From Candidatus Poribacteria bacterium (lineage in GTDB: Bacteria > Poribacteria > WGA-4E > WGA-3G), in the NCBI GenBank assembly GCA_965205025.1, contig CBDBFU010000015.1, positions 320,001 through 384,000 of the forward strand: 64,000 bases of DNA, written 5' to 3'. The notes under the pieces are model-generated. The model saw only the letters and a program-made list of their open reading frames with translations. It had not been told where the DNA came from and made no database searches. Positions 37,454-48,035 of the stretch are shown piece after piece. Both the position numbers and the translations under genes were made by a program. Every line of letters begins with the position of its first letter. The first letter of the stretch is position 1.

Positions 37454-39944
37454 CTACTTAATGATTTTCACATTGATAATTGGACTTTCTTGTACGAATG
37501 GAGTGCCATTGATAACTGCAGTTCCACGGAACTTCACTTGATACGTCTTTGCTTCTAATGTACTAATTGCTTCAAGATCGACTTCAACATCATTCTCATT
37601 CATAGGTATTGTAGCTTCAGGAACGGTAATCCCTTCTGGTATCAGTATAGGAGTAATAGTTACGATATCCGTGAAACTTCCACGACGAACAATACTCATT
37701 GTGAGTGTGGCAGATTTCTTAATGGGATCGACTTGTTCCGCTGTTTCAATATCAGTATTTTCAGTTGGCGAAGGATTTGAGACAGGTACAACCGCTGCAT
37801 CTCCTTCTACAGCAGCAACAGGTTCATCCGCAGTTTTAGACTTTGGAAACACAATGCTAAAACGTAAGGGTTCGATTGTAACTATAAATGGTGCTTCAAG
37901 GACAGTTAGTGGTATAGCCGGTGTGGCTTCAGTATAATTTTCACGGTTTATATTTGCTGACCCTGTCACAGAAATATAACTTGTACCTGGAGTAGGAACT
38001 ACAGAAAACTGTTCTCGGCGTTCAACTGTTCCAGCTCGAAGAGAAATCATAGTACTATTTTTTCCTGCCGAGATAGTGGCTTTTCCACCAGATACCCTTA
38101 CTGGAATACCTGCCACATTTAATGCAATCGCATCATTAAACCCTTCCCTGCGATGTGCAATTACATGGAAATTTGTCGTTTTATTATGAACAACATTTAT
38201 ATCAATATCTGCTACTTCAAGTGTGAAAGGAGGTGCTTCCATCACCGTCAACAAAATCTCTTTTGGAGTTGCTGCAACTTCTATGCGACGACCACCGATT
38301 GAACCAACCCCTACAATAGAAAAAGTATGTAGACCTAAATCTGCATCGTCAGGAGCAGTTATAGTTAACATCGCTTGATTCTGTGTAGGATATAAGATTG
38401 TTGGACTTACAATAAAACCTTTCGGTAGATCGGGTGAATAAAACTTGAGTCCACCCTTGAATCCATCTATCCGAGCTGTTGAAACGGTCATGACAAATGT
38501 ACCACCACGTGAAATACGTGGGTTATCTGTACTCACATTAACCTGAAACCGCGGATTTAAAGGTCGTATCGTAAGTCTATATGGATAGTCTCCACCCCCA
38601 CTGTTATTCAGGTCACGAACAGAAATACCATAATCACCTGCATCTGGAGCAGAAAATCCGATAATTGCATCTGTTCCACTGGCGTCATCATTTACACTGA
38701 TGACTTGTTCTTCAATATCCTCTTCAGATTCACCTTTTTTATGTGAGTATATCGTTAATAAAGGATCTAACTGTGATCGAAATTGCCTGGATTGTACTTC
38801 GATTACGAAGGTTGCGCCTTTTTCCACTGTGATAGAATATCTGTCAACATCCCCGGCTTTTTCTATTTTCCCATTCACTGTTATTGGTGTACCTATTTTG
38901 GTCTCTTCTTTTAATGTATTATTGGGTTCAGTTTCATTCGTCTCGTTAAACTCACCAATAGCAAAAGGGTAAGGGTTCGTCTCTAATCCTTTTTCAGTAT
39001 TAACACGTAATTCCTGAATTCCAGTTGAGGCATCTGGAGATATATTAAGTTGTAACGTATTAAGAGATCCTAAGTTTGCCCCAGCGACAGTAACATTGTT
39101 TGCAGCACCGCGTTTACCTCCGAGAGGGAAAACACTCTGTAGATATGGCAACTCTCCAATGCTTAATCTATATCTGTGATTTCCACCGCCTTGATATCGA
39201 ACATCCCGTAAATATAGTGTGTATTCACCATCAGTCTGTGTTGTGTAATCAATAAAGGAGTCTAAGCCATTTCCATCTTGACTCTTGACAATTTCATTTC
39301 CTGCTGGGTCATATAATTCAATATAGGAATCTAATGCTGATCCCATACGTTGGGCATTAATATCACAGATTAAACGTGCACCTTTTCTGAGATTAAATCG
39401 AAAATAATCCACATCTTCTATAGAGTTAACAGTACCATTGACGGTGACAGGTAATGTTAACACATTCGCTGCATCCATCATACCATTCGGTTCCTGTTCC
39501 ATCATCTCAGGTAAATCACCGACAATAAAATTTTGTGCATTGGAAACACCGTTAGGTGTTATTAACCGTATTTGATGGTTACCTAATGGAGCATCTTCTG
39601 ATATTTCAAATGACAGAACCAGGCGTGGATTTGTCGGTACATCACCAGAGATGCCAGAACCATTAAAACCTAACTGATGCAGACGGAGCTTTGTGCTTAA
39701 TAGTTGCCGTTATACCCTGATTGTTAAACCATATCTCTGCCTTCTCATTAATATTCTTCCCTTCAAGAGTAATATCAATTGTTTGTCCGCGTTGCGCAGC
39801 ACGGGGTGTGATATTTGTCAACTGCGGGGCAACCTGTGCATGTGTGATACCTGCAGCCAAAAAGAGAATCAGGACTATCTGGAAAAGTGATTGCAGTTGT
39901 TTGTGTCCTGTTTTTGCTTTCATACAAAGTGATATATCAGGCAT
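37454..39944 (-). pseudogene. planctomycete-type secreted PPC/Ig-domain protein, split by +1 frameshift at 39663-39668
   Basis: The signal-peptide ORF ends AGG TTT TAA; the +1 frame continues NGSGISGDVPTNPRLVLSFEISEDAPLGNHQIRLITPNGVSNAQNFIVGDLPEMMEQEPN into ORF 37454-39505. Confidence 0.8.
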
Positions 39945-40054
39945 TTTTAATTACCTCTCTGCCAATCATTTACTGGGTCAAACTATGGTGAAATGTATCC
40001 CATAAGATGTGTCTTGACCACATAACAATCCGCCATGTTAATTCTTCCCTTTTA

Positions 40055-41161
40055 CTAACGAAAATGTAATGATGCTCCCGCCGTGAACTGTAATCGGTTA
40101 ATAAGTTGTATCCCTGTTAGATTTTGGTTTTGGTACACCGGTACCTGAATCTCAAATGCCAAACGGTTCTGTTGAAAATGCGTCCCTGTGGGGATTACAA
40201 AATCAGTTGAAAGAGCGATATCAAGCTGCGTGTTGCCCTGGGAATCTATTTGGTAGATTGGACTTCTGTTTTGATTCAACTTAGGATCGCTGCTGCTAAA
40301 AGCCGTTTTGTGTGAAAACAGAAGCCGTCCTCCAAACTGGAACCAATTGTTTACACGTTGTGTGCTCCAAGCAGTCACAGTGAAAGTGTTGCCATGCCGA
40401 TATTTGTGCACATTTTGATGTAAAGGTAAGGAACTGAGCAATTGACCACCATAACTCCAGTCCTCTCTTGTGCCAAAAAGAGTGACACCTGGGCGCGCTT
40501 CATAGGAACCACTACCCAGTTGCATTGGGTAAGGTAACATCTGACCGTCATCACCCGTTTCTACGATACTCCCAGTTGGTAATGAAATACCGATGTTTCC
40601 AGTGATTATAAAGTACTCTTTTCTTAACAGCGTGAGCAACGTGTCAAATTTGATATCGCCAAAACCTTCACTATCTAACCTATATATCCCTTCAGGGTGA
40701 TTTTGATATACTCTTTGTTGCTGATATGAACCTTCCATTTCCATGATATGCTCATGATAATTTATTATCGCCATCAAAGTAATATGGTCGTGCGGGGTGT
40801 AGATGGCACTTTGCATTTGTGTTGACGTAATCATATACTCTGGTACCAGACCATAATCTTTTTGCACATCTAATGTTTTAAGCATGTCTGTGTCAGACTG
40901 CAATGCCTGAAAACCTATCACTGTGCCTCGGAAACTGTACATTACATCACCTGTTTTATGTCCGTGGGTGGCTATTACACCAATAGGTGCGTTTTCATCA
41001 AGGCGAGTAGGTGCGTTTTCATCAAGGCGAGTAGGTGCGTTTTCATCAAGGCGAGGTGATAAAGTATCCGCAAAAGTTATAGGCAATATAAATAAAAGAA
41101 GAGTAATACTGAGTGCAATTCCCAAAACTTTTTGTTGCTGACATGACATTTTGAATAACAT
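40055..41161 (-). CDS. outer-membrane beta-barrel 'transporter' (MetA-pathway/CopB-like family)
   Basis: APIGV...H.HK.G..M.S.R, GFGDI, ISLPTGSI, LPYPMQLGSGS; start at 41161 after GGAGAG. Confidence 0.72.
   Translation of the reverse strand: MLFKMSCQQQKVLGIALSITLLLFILPITFADTLSPRLDENAPTRLDENAPTRLDENAPIGVIATHGHKTGDVMYSFRGTVIGFQALQSDTDMLKTLDVQKDYGLVPEYMITSTQMQSAIYTPHDHITLMAIINYHEHIMEMEGSYQQQRVYQNHPEGIYRLDSEGFGDIKFDTLLTLLRKEYFIITGNIGISLPTGSIVETGDDGQMLPYPMQLGSGSYEARPGVTLFGTREDWSYGGQLLSSLPLHQNVHKYRHGNTFTVTAWSTQRVNNWFQFGGRLLFSHKTAFSSSDPKLNQNRSPIYQIDSQGNTQLDIALSTDFVIPTGTHFQQNRLAFEIQVPVYQNQNLTGIQLINRLQFTAGASLHFR
40984..41055. repeat. 3 x 24-bp perfect tandem repeat (RLDENAP[T/I])
   Basis: taggtgcgttttcatcaaggcgag occurs three times in tandem. 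Confidence 0.95.
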
Positions 41162-41302
41162 AATAATCTCTCCATTTAATTCAGATACCTGTGTGAGAAT
41201 CTGCAATTGTAGAAGGTTTGTGTTCACAAATTACCCTAAATCAGAAATTTTAGACTCTCCACTAATAACTTCCAAATAATGAATTACCAATGAACTATTA
41301 GA

Positions 41303-41337
41303 AAGCCTGCACTTGAACTACTTTCAAATGCAGGCTT
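41303..41337 (-). terminator. hairpin/terminator after DUF1501 gene
   Basis: Stem AAGCCTGCA..TTGAA/TTCAA..TGCAGGCTT. Confidence 0.55.
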
Positions 41338-41353
41338 CAGAATTATTAGTTAA

Positions 41354-42802
41354 TTAAAAGATACCTGTAATCACTTCACCTTTAACCAATTCGCGTGGTT
41401 GGTCTAAATGGTTCATTACGATGGTATGCGGATCAATTCCGAGTGTATGGTATACCGTCGCAAGTATATCACGTGGATGCACTGGGTTTTCAAGAGGTGT
41501 TGAACCAGTAGCATCGGATTTACCGTATACCTGACCACCTTTGACACCAGCACCAGCGATAAGACCAGTATAGCAATACGGCCAATGATCACGTCCATCA
41601 GGGGCATTACCGTTCCCTGAAGTACTGATACCCATACGAGGTGAACGTCCAAATTCACCAATTGCGAGAACAAGTGTGCTCTCTAACAATCCCCGTTGAT
41701 CTAAATCTTCAAGTAGTGAAGAAACTGCACTGTCTAACTTCGGACAGTGAAGATTTTTCAATGGTCCAAAGTTTGCTGCGTGGGTATCCCATGCAGTAGT
41801 ATTTGGATTACCGTTAGCAACTGATGGCCAGTTCACCTGTACAAAACGAGTGCCAGCTTCTACCAAACGTCGTGCCATGAGTGCACTCTGACCGAATGTA
41901 TGACGACCATACTTATCGCGCATATCATCTGATTCTTGTGTTAAATCAAAGGCATTTCGTGCCTTCTGAGATAAAATCAGATCGTACGCTTTTTCATAAT
42001 ACTCATTCAATGCGAAGGAATCGGCTACCTTGTCAATTTCTGGCATATTAGCGTTAATCGTTTCAAGGAGTGTTTTCCGACGTTGTAAACGCATCGGTGG
42101 CACTTCTGGACGGAGTGACAGATCGTCAAGATTGATCTCTGTGTTCGGATCTTGGAAGAGGAAGTATGGATCATAGGCTCTACCAAGGAAACCAGCATTA
42201 CCACCCTTACCAATGATACCACTTTCTTGCATTGGTCGTGGAAGTTGAACAGCAGCCAACATCGGTTCTTCTGGTGGCTTAAACTTAGAAATATGTGCTG
42301 CAGCATTTGGATGATCAATTGGAGACGGTGGATCAAGTTGTCCAGAAGGAGCAACTTTATCTGGTGTTTCACCTGTTACCATTTGATACATAGCAGCCGT
42401 ATGATTAAATAAACCTGCAGGTGTATAACTTACTGAGCGAATCAGACAGGCTTTATCCATCTGCTGTGCCAATTTCGGCATCGTTTCTGACAACTGAATG
42501 CCAGGTACGTTTGTTGGAATAGGATTAAACTCACCTCGGATATTTGATGGTGCATCCGGTTTTGGATCCCAAATATCTATGTGACTGGGACCGCCTTGCA
42601 AAAATAACAGAATGACAGAATTTGCTTTGCCCCAACCGTTTAGAGGCTTCGCGGCATCAACTGTCGTACTTGCCTTTGCTTGGAGTGACAATACTTGTGG
42701 CAAACTTATGCCCAGCATCGCGGCGCCACCCACGCGGAAAAACTCTCTACGTGAGAACCCGTCACATAATCTCCCGGGCGCTTGTGGTAACGATAACATC
42801 AA
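41354..42802 (-). CDS. DUF1501 domain protein
   Basis: Tat-like SRREFF, LQGGPSHIDIWDPKP, ARRLVEAG, WDTH, GEFGRSP, GRDHW. Confidence 0.92.
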   Translation of the reverse strand: MMLSLPQAPGRLCDGFSRREFFRVGGAAMLGISLPQVLSLQAKASTTVDAAKPLNGWGKANSVILLFLQGGPSHIDIWDPKPDAPSNIRGEFNPIPTNVPGIQLSETMPKLAQQMDKACLIRSVSYTPAGLFNHTAAMYQMVTGETPDKVAPSGQLDPPSPIDHPNAAAHISKFKPPEEPMLAAVQLPRPMQESGIIGKGGNAGFLGRAYDPYFLFQDPNTEINLDDLSLRPEVPPMRLQRRKTLLETINANMPEIDKVADSFALNEYYEKAYDLILSQKARNAFDLTQESDDMRDKYGRHTFGQSALMARRLVEAGTRFVQVNWPSVANGNPNTTAWDTHAANFGPLKNLHCPKLDSAVSSLLEDLDQRGLLESTLVLAIGEFGRSPRMGISTSGNGNAPDGRDHWPYCYTGLIAGAGVKGGQVYGKSDATGSTPLENPVHPRDILATVYHTLGIDPHTIVMNHLDQPRELVKGEVITGIF

Positions 42803-42862
42803 TTATTTCCTCCATTATAGTGATTGCTTCTAACTTAAGAAGTTCACTAATTGGTTTTGGGC

Positions 42863-45349
42863 TTAACGGTTGAATAGAAATGCGGGACTGTTGAGTAATG
42901 CCCACATCAGATCTTGCGCACCTTCCTCTTTTGATTCGGCTTTTGCAAGAAATTCTACCGCTGTCGCATATTCAGTTTTCTGTGGTAACCGGGCAAATGT
43001 TGCAAGATACAACTCCTCAACCAAAGTACGATCATCTTTTTTGTCTTTGATGAGTTGTGCAATTCGTCCATTTGGATCAATAATTGCATCCGCAACAGTC
43101 GGACCGTTAATTAGGTTCATGGCGTGTGCTAAACTAACTTCAGTTGTCCGTTCACATTCACACGAACTTTCCCGTTCAGGACGACCAAACAATTTTAGAA
43201 AACCGTCATCCTTAACTTGACTGTCCGGTAATTGTACTGCACGAAAACTTTTCGGCACACCTTGAAACTTAGGTTGACTTCCAGTAGCAACACCAATCGC
43301 ATCCAACAATTGTTCTGCTGTCAAACGACGGGCAGTTGCGTGTGAGAAATTAATACTATCAGATTTATTCCACTTATTCGTTTTAATACTCTGTTGATAT
43401 GTGCGAGATTTGGCAATAGTCTTCATGATATGTCTAATATCAAAACTATTTTCCACGAAATCTTTGGTTAAGGCATCAAGTAATTCAGGATTGCTGGGTG
43501 GATTACTCGTACGGATATCATCCACAGGTTCAATAATACCGCGTCCCATGAAATAACTCCATATACGATTTACACCTGCTTTAGCGAACATTGGATTTTC
43601 TGCAGATGTTAACCATTCAGCAAATGATTCACGCCTATCCTGAGCTTCCTCTTTGATTTCTCCGAATGGTACTGAGGCTTCAACAACTGCTAATGTCCTT
43701 GGGTGTTTGACTGGTGTCGGATTGAAACTTGTATATACAATCTCTTCACCAGGTAATCGGCCATTTTTCAATTGGACATCGGCAAAAAACGCACCCAATT
43801 CGTAGTATTGATTTTGTGTCCATACTTCAAATGGATGGTCATGACATTTATTACATGAGAATCGTACACCAAGGAATAACTGTGTTGTGTTTTCCACTGC
43901 AGCCGTATATTCACGGGACACACGGAAATAACTTGCAGCAGGATTGGAATATGCGCTACCGGTTGCGGTAATCAAGTCATATACAAACTCGTTATATGGA
44001 CGATTTTCAGTAATTTCGTCATGTAACCACTGTTGGAATAACCACATTCCGCGTTCACCGAGGAACTTACGGTTTGACTGTAAAAGGTCTCCCCATTTAT
44101 GTGTCCAATGGTCAACATATTCTGTTGTTTCTACCAATGAATCAATAAGTTTTTCCCGCTTATTCTTAGATGCGGTTGTATCCATCAAGAAATTACGTAC
44201 CTGTTCAGGAGTAGGTGGGAGTCCTGTCATATCAAAATAGATACGACGTACAAATTCTTCATCCGTACAAAGTTCAGCAGGTAAGATTTTTAGTCGTTTC
44301 AGTTTGTTGTGAACATGTGTATCAATATAGTTATACACAGATGTTTCTGCCCACTCGAAACCACTTCTATCTCCCATTACGATAATACCATTTGTACTGT
44401 ATGCACCTTCATAACGGGTTAATATGGCAGTCTCACCTCTACGTTCAGCTGTTACAACACCATCGTCTGTCACTTTAGCAACATCATTTAAACTACTGGT
44501 GAACTTTGCTTCACGGGTCACATCACGGGTCGAACCATCAGCATAGTGTGCGATTACCAACATCTGTTGTTTGTATCCTGGCATTGATAGTTCAGCTGAA
44601 TCAGGTATAACCTCTAACCTTTCAACACGTTTTGTTTTTCCTACATCGGAAACCACCCCTTCACTTATCCACTGGTGGATGAGTTTATAATCACGTGAAT
44701 CAGGTTTAATTACCTGACCCCCTTTATGTGGCACCTCTGATGTCGGCTTGAGTAACATTAAACTCTGTTCAGGGAATGCACGGTTAAATCTTCTTCCTGT
44801 AATGTCTTCAATGAGTAGTTCATAATCGAAATCCGGATCATATCCACGAAGAGATAGTTTAAATCCGTTTTTACCTTTTGCAGAACCATGACAGGTACCG
44901 TTGTTACAACCTGCATGACTCAAAACCGGCATAACATCGCGTACAAAACTCACCGGCGATGCATCAATACTCTTGACTGTTACAGGCAATTCGGTGGTAA
45001 TATTCTTCACCGAGACGGTAATACTGGATGAACCTACTTCTTCTGGAAAGATATAACCATCTTCATGGATCTTAATGCCAGTAGAAGGTTTTAGTTCTGC
45101 CCATGTCGTCACATCAACCCAATTACCATCTTTTGTTTGACCGGATACAAGAATCCGGCGTCCATCTCGTGCATGTTCTAACGTTAATGATTCTGGATGA
45201 ACCTTCAATGCTGTTATTTCTGGTACATCTACACTTTGAACATTCTCCTCCATCTGAGTGATGCCTACGTTAGCATTTATCAAACAAAAAAAGAACACAA
45301 CAAGTAGTGTAGTTGCCAAATTATAACTGAGTTTCACATTAACCTCCAA
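42863..45349 (-). CDS. DUF1549/DUF1553 protein with Ig-like domains
   Basis: CNNGTCHG, KLSLRGYD, CNKCHDHP, NRIW..FMGRG, CECER, LMWALLNS.AFLFNR. Confidence 0.9.
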   Translation of the reverse strand: MEVNVKLSYNLATTLLVVFFFCLINANVGITQMEENVQSVDVPEITALKVHPESLTLEHARDGRRILVSGQTKDGNWVDVTTWAELKPSTGIKIHEDGYIFPEEVGSSSITVSVKNITTELPVTVKSIDASPVSFVRDVMPVLSHAGCNNGTCHGSAKGKNGFKLSLRGYDPDFDYELLIEDITGRRFNRAFPEQSLMLLKPTSEVPHKGGQVIKPDSRDYKLIHQWISEGVVSDVGKTKRVERLEVIPDSAELSMPGYKQQMLVIAHYADGSTRDVTREAKFTSSLNDVAKVTDDGVVTAERRGETAILTRYEGAYSTNGIIVMGDRSGFEWAETSVYNYIDTHVHNKLKRLKILPAELCTDEEFVRRIYFDMTGLPPTPEQVRNFLMDTTASKNKREKLIDSLVETTEYVDHWTHKWGDLLQSNRKFLGERGMWLFQQWLHDEITENRPYNEFVYDLITATGSAYSNPAASYFRVSREYTAAVENTTQLFLGVRFSCNKCHDHPFEVWTQNQYYELGAFFADVQLKNGRLPGEEIVYTSFNPTPVKHPRTLAVVEASVPFGEIKEEAQDRRESFAEWLTSAENPMFAKAGVNRIWSYFMGRGIIEPVDDIRTSNPPSNPELLDALTKDFVENSFDIRHIMKTIAKSRTYQQSIKTNKWNKSDSINFSHATARRLTAEQLLDAIGVATGSQPKFQGVPKSFRAVQLPDSQVKDDGFLKLFGRPERESSCECERTTEVSLAHAMNLINGPTVADAIIDPNGRIAQLIKDKKDDRTLVEELYLATFARLPQKTEYATAVEFLAKAESKEEGAQDLMWALLNSPAFLFNR

Positions 45350-45392
45350 GTGTGATATGAAACTGAATGTGTGTAATATCCGCTTAAAATAT

Positions 45393-46211
45393 CTACCTTT
45401 CGTTCTTTAACTTACCCCATACAATCGGTAACTTACCGTGTGAGGAAACATCTAAATATTCTGATTCACTCGCTAACCAGTTAATAATATTTTCTGTCAC
45501 TTGATGCAAATTATCTATACTCTCATTATTCTTATGATAGTTGGGAAGACGCCAATTCAAATTAAAAACTTTTCCGTTCCCAGCTTTCCAATATCCAAAA
45601 GCAGCGATTCTATCTGTATAATTTATCCCACCTTCCCAAGCATGTGCCATTGTAGTGAAATTCTTCCATAGCTTATCGTAATAGTCACCACTCTTAGGAA
45701 AACCTGTAGAATTCAGCTGTACTCTATCATTAATTGCTGGATCTTTTCCGTCTACGTTTTTAAGTCCTTCAATCAATCCACTATCAATAGTTTCTTTTAA
45801 AACATTTATACCGACATTACTTCCATCATCCACAATAGGACCAAAGGCTCTGGGTTGTGCATCTTCAAGACCCAGAGGAGTAGCATAACTAAAAGCCTTA
45901 CCTGTTAATAGAAATGCACCACCACTTTCTACATATTCTAAGATTGCATCAAGCTGTGCATTAGACAATGCACCTGGATCGGAATCTCCATCATTCCACC
46001 AGACGACTGCATATTTCTTAAATGTAGCACTATTTATCTCAGCTTTTCCCAATTCCGTTGTGCTAAAGGTGTCTTTAGCAAATTCCAGTGAAGGTTTTGT
46101 AAAATCTCCTAAGTCACCAAGGCGAAGAAAACCTAATTCCAATTGAGCATCTACTGAATTTAAACCACATATTAATAATATAGTCAAGGATAATAGCAGT
46201 ATACGATACAT
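45393..46211 (-). CDS. secreted protein (class I glutamine amidotransferase-like fold?) with Poribacteria-type C-terminal motif
   Basis: Signal peptide, YVESGG, C-terminal DVSSHGKLPIVWGKLK. Confidence 0.65.
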   Translation of the reverse strand: MYRILLLSLTILLICGLNSVDAQLELGFLRLGDLGDFTKPSLEFAKDTFSTTELGKAEINSATFKKYAVVWWNDGDSDPGALSNAQLDAILEYVESGGAFLLTGKAFSYATPLGLEDAQPRAFGPIVDDGSNVGINVLKETIDSGLIEGLKNVDGKDPAINDRVQLNSTGFPKSGDYYDKLWKNFTTMAHAWEGGINYTDRIAAFGYWKAGNGKVFNLNWRLPNYHKNNESIDNLHQVTENIINWLASESEYLDVSSHGKLPIVWGKLKNER

Positions 46212-46561
46212 TTTTCCCCCTAATTATACACTAATTAGAATGTATAGTGTATAAATTTGGTATCTTGATTGAATGTATTACCTCTTATTGAAATATTTCA
46301 GAAACCGATGTTCTCACAACTATGATGGTCAAGATTGTGATGTTTGCATCATCTATGTCCCAACCATCATCTTTAATTTATCTGATCTTGTTCCTATCTT
46401 TTTAAAAGATTATCTCTAATTATCACACTTTATTCAATACAATGCAATAAAATTAAGTATATAGTTGGCTAATTACTCCAACTAATTAACGTGAGTTCAC
46501 TGTAAAATTGAGAATCTATATGAATTCTTGTTGTTTCTCTCTTTTTCATCCTTGATGAACT

Positions 46562-48014
46562 CTACATTGGACCGACTCGTTCGGGACCTTTATCCATAGC
46601 AAACATAGAGGTATCAAAACTTCTTTTTAACAAATCTAATTTCGTGCCTTGCATTTCTTGCACATGCCACAAGTTGTTAAATTCATGAGGATCATCAATT
46701 AAATCGTATAGTTCACCTTCTTCATGTCCATGATATGTTACTATCTTATAACGTTTATCCCTAAACATAGTTGCGAAGGAATGGTTCCGCATCCCGAGTG
46801 CATCATAAAACTCACACCGAACAGATGATCGATGTTGATCCGGATCTACTTCCCCTTGAAGGATAGGTAATAATGACCGACCATGCATTTCTGTTGGAAC
46901 TGGTAAGCCAACTAATTCTAATATTGTCGGAACCTTATCTACAAGTTCTACCAAAGCATCACTTTTTAATCCACTTTCGAAACGCGTTGGACACGAAAAA
47001 ATCAACGGCACACGCACTAACCCTTCATAGAATCGACATCCTTTTTGAATTAGTCCATGGTCACCAAGCATCTCGCCATGATCACTTGTAAATATGATAA
47101 CAGTGTTTTCACGTTCTCCCGTTTCATTCAAGACATCTAATATCCTACCCATCTGGTCATCAATTAGTTTTATCATTGCATAGTATGCAGCAATTAATGT
47201 CTTTGCATCTCTTGCTCCAACCGTTTGATCAGGTTTTCTATTCGGTGAGTGGGGTAGTATAGGACTTCGAATATCCAATTCATCTGGTGTTCGGACTTTC
47301 GACTGAAAATCTATATCTGTTAACTTACGTTGTTGTTCTAAATCACTCTCCTTAAAAAAGTGGTTCTGGCATATCATCGGGATTAAATTGTTCTCTATAA
47401 AACTGTGGTGGATTAAATGGTGGATGCGGATCATAAATATTGACACTCGCAAGCCACGGTCCTTCACGTTTTTCACGAATAAACTCAATAGTCTTCTCAG
47501 CACACCATGTCGTCTGGTGTAATTCTGTAGGCACACCTTCTGGATTTTGTGTTAATTCACCGAGAATAGCACCTTTTGTACGAACCCAATCCGCATAGTC
47601 ATGACCTATTTTCCAATCATCTCTCGGTGCATGGCTATAGTGCCAATATCTATATCCGTCATTGACCCGTGGTTCAATCCTACGGAATGCACTTGCTAAA
47701 TGTAATTTGCCAATCAAACCACAGTCATATCCATTATCAGCAAGTGTCTTGGTTACAAGTGGATATGTCTCTGGATAAAAGTCGTTGCCATTACCATTAA
47801 CATGTGTCGCACTTGGATACATACCTGTTAAGAAACTTGACCGACTCGGCGTACATATAGGACTTTGACAATACGCGTGTGTAAATGCTACTCCTTCTTC
47901 AACTAAACTATCAATGTTTGGTGTTGAAACATACGGATTGCCAAGAGCGGCTATTGTGTCATAACGCTGTTGATCAGTACATATCCAAAGGATATTTGGC
48001 TTTTCAACAGACAT
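46562..48014 (-). pseudogene. sulfatase, split by +1 frameshift at 47352-47359
   Basis: KPNILWICTDQQR, CTPSR, GKLH, DPHPP in the first ORF; CTT TTT TAA then the +1 frame KESDLEQQ... with TSDHGEMLGDHG and ELYDL. Confidence 0.85.
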
Positions 48015-48035
48015 ATATTTAACTCTCTTGTGGAA

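Noticed and set aside
40984-41055. 24-bp repeats as CRISPR
   Set aside because: No spacers; in-frame coding tandem repeat.
46230-46550. Possible gene remnant in the gap between the sulfatase and the secreted protein
   Set aside because: Only short open stretches with no recognisable motif.
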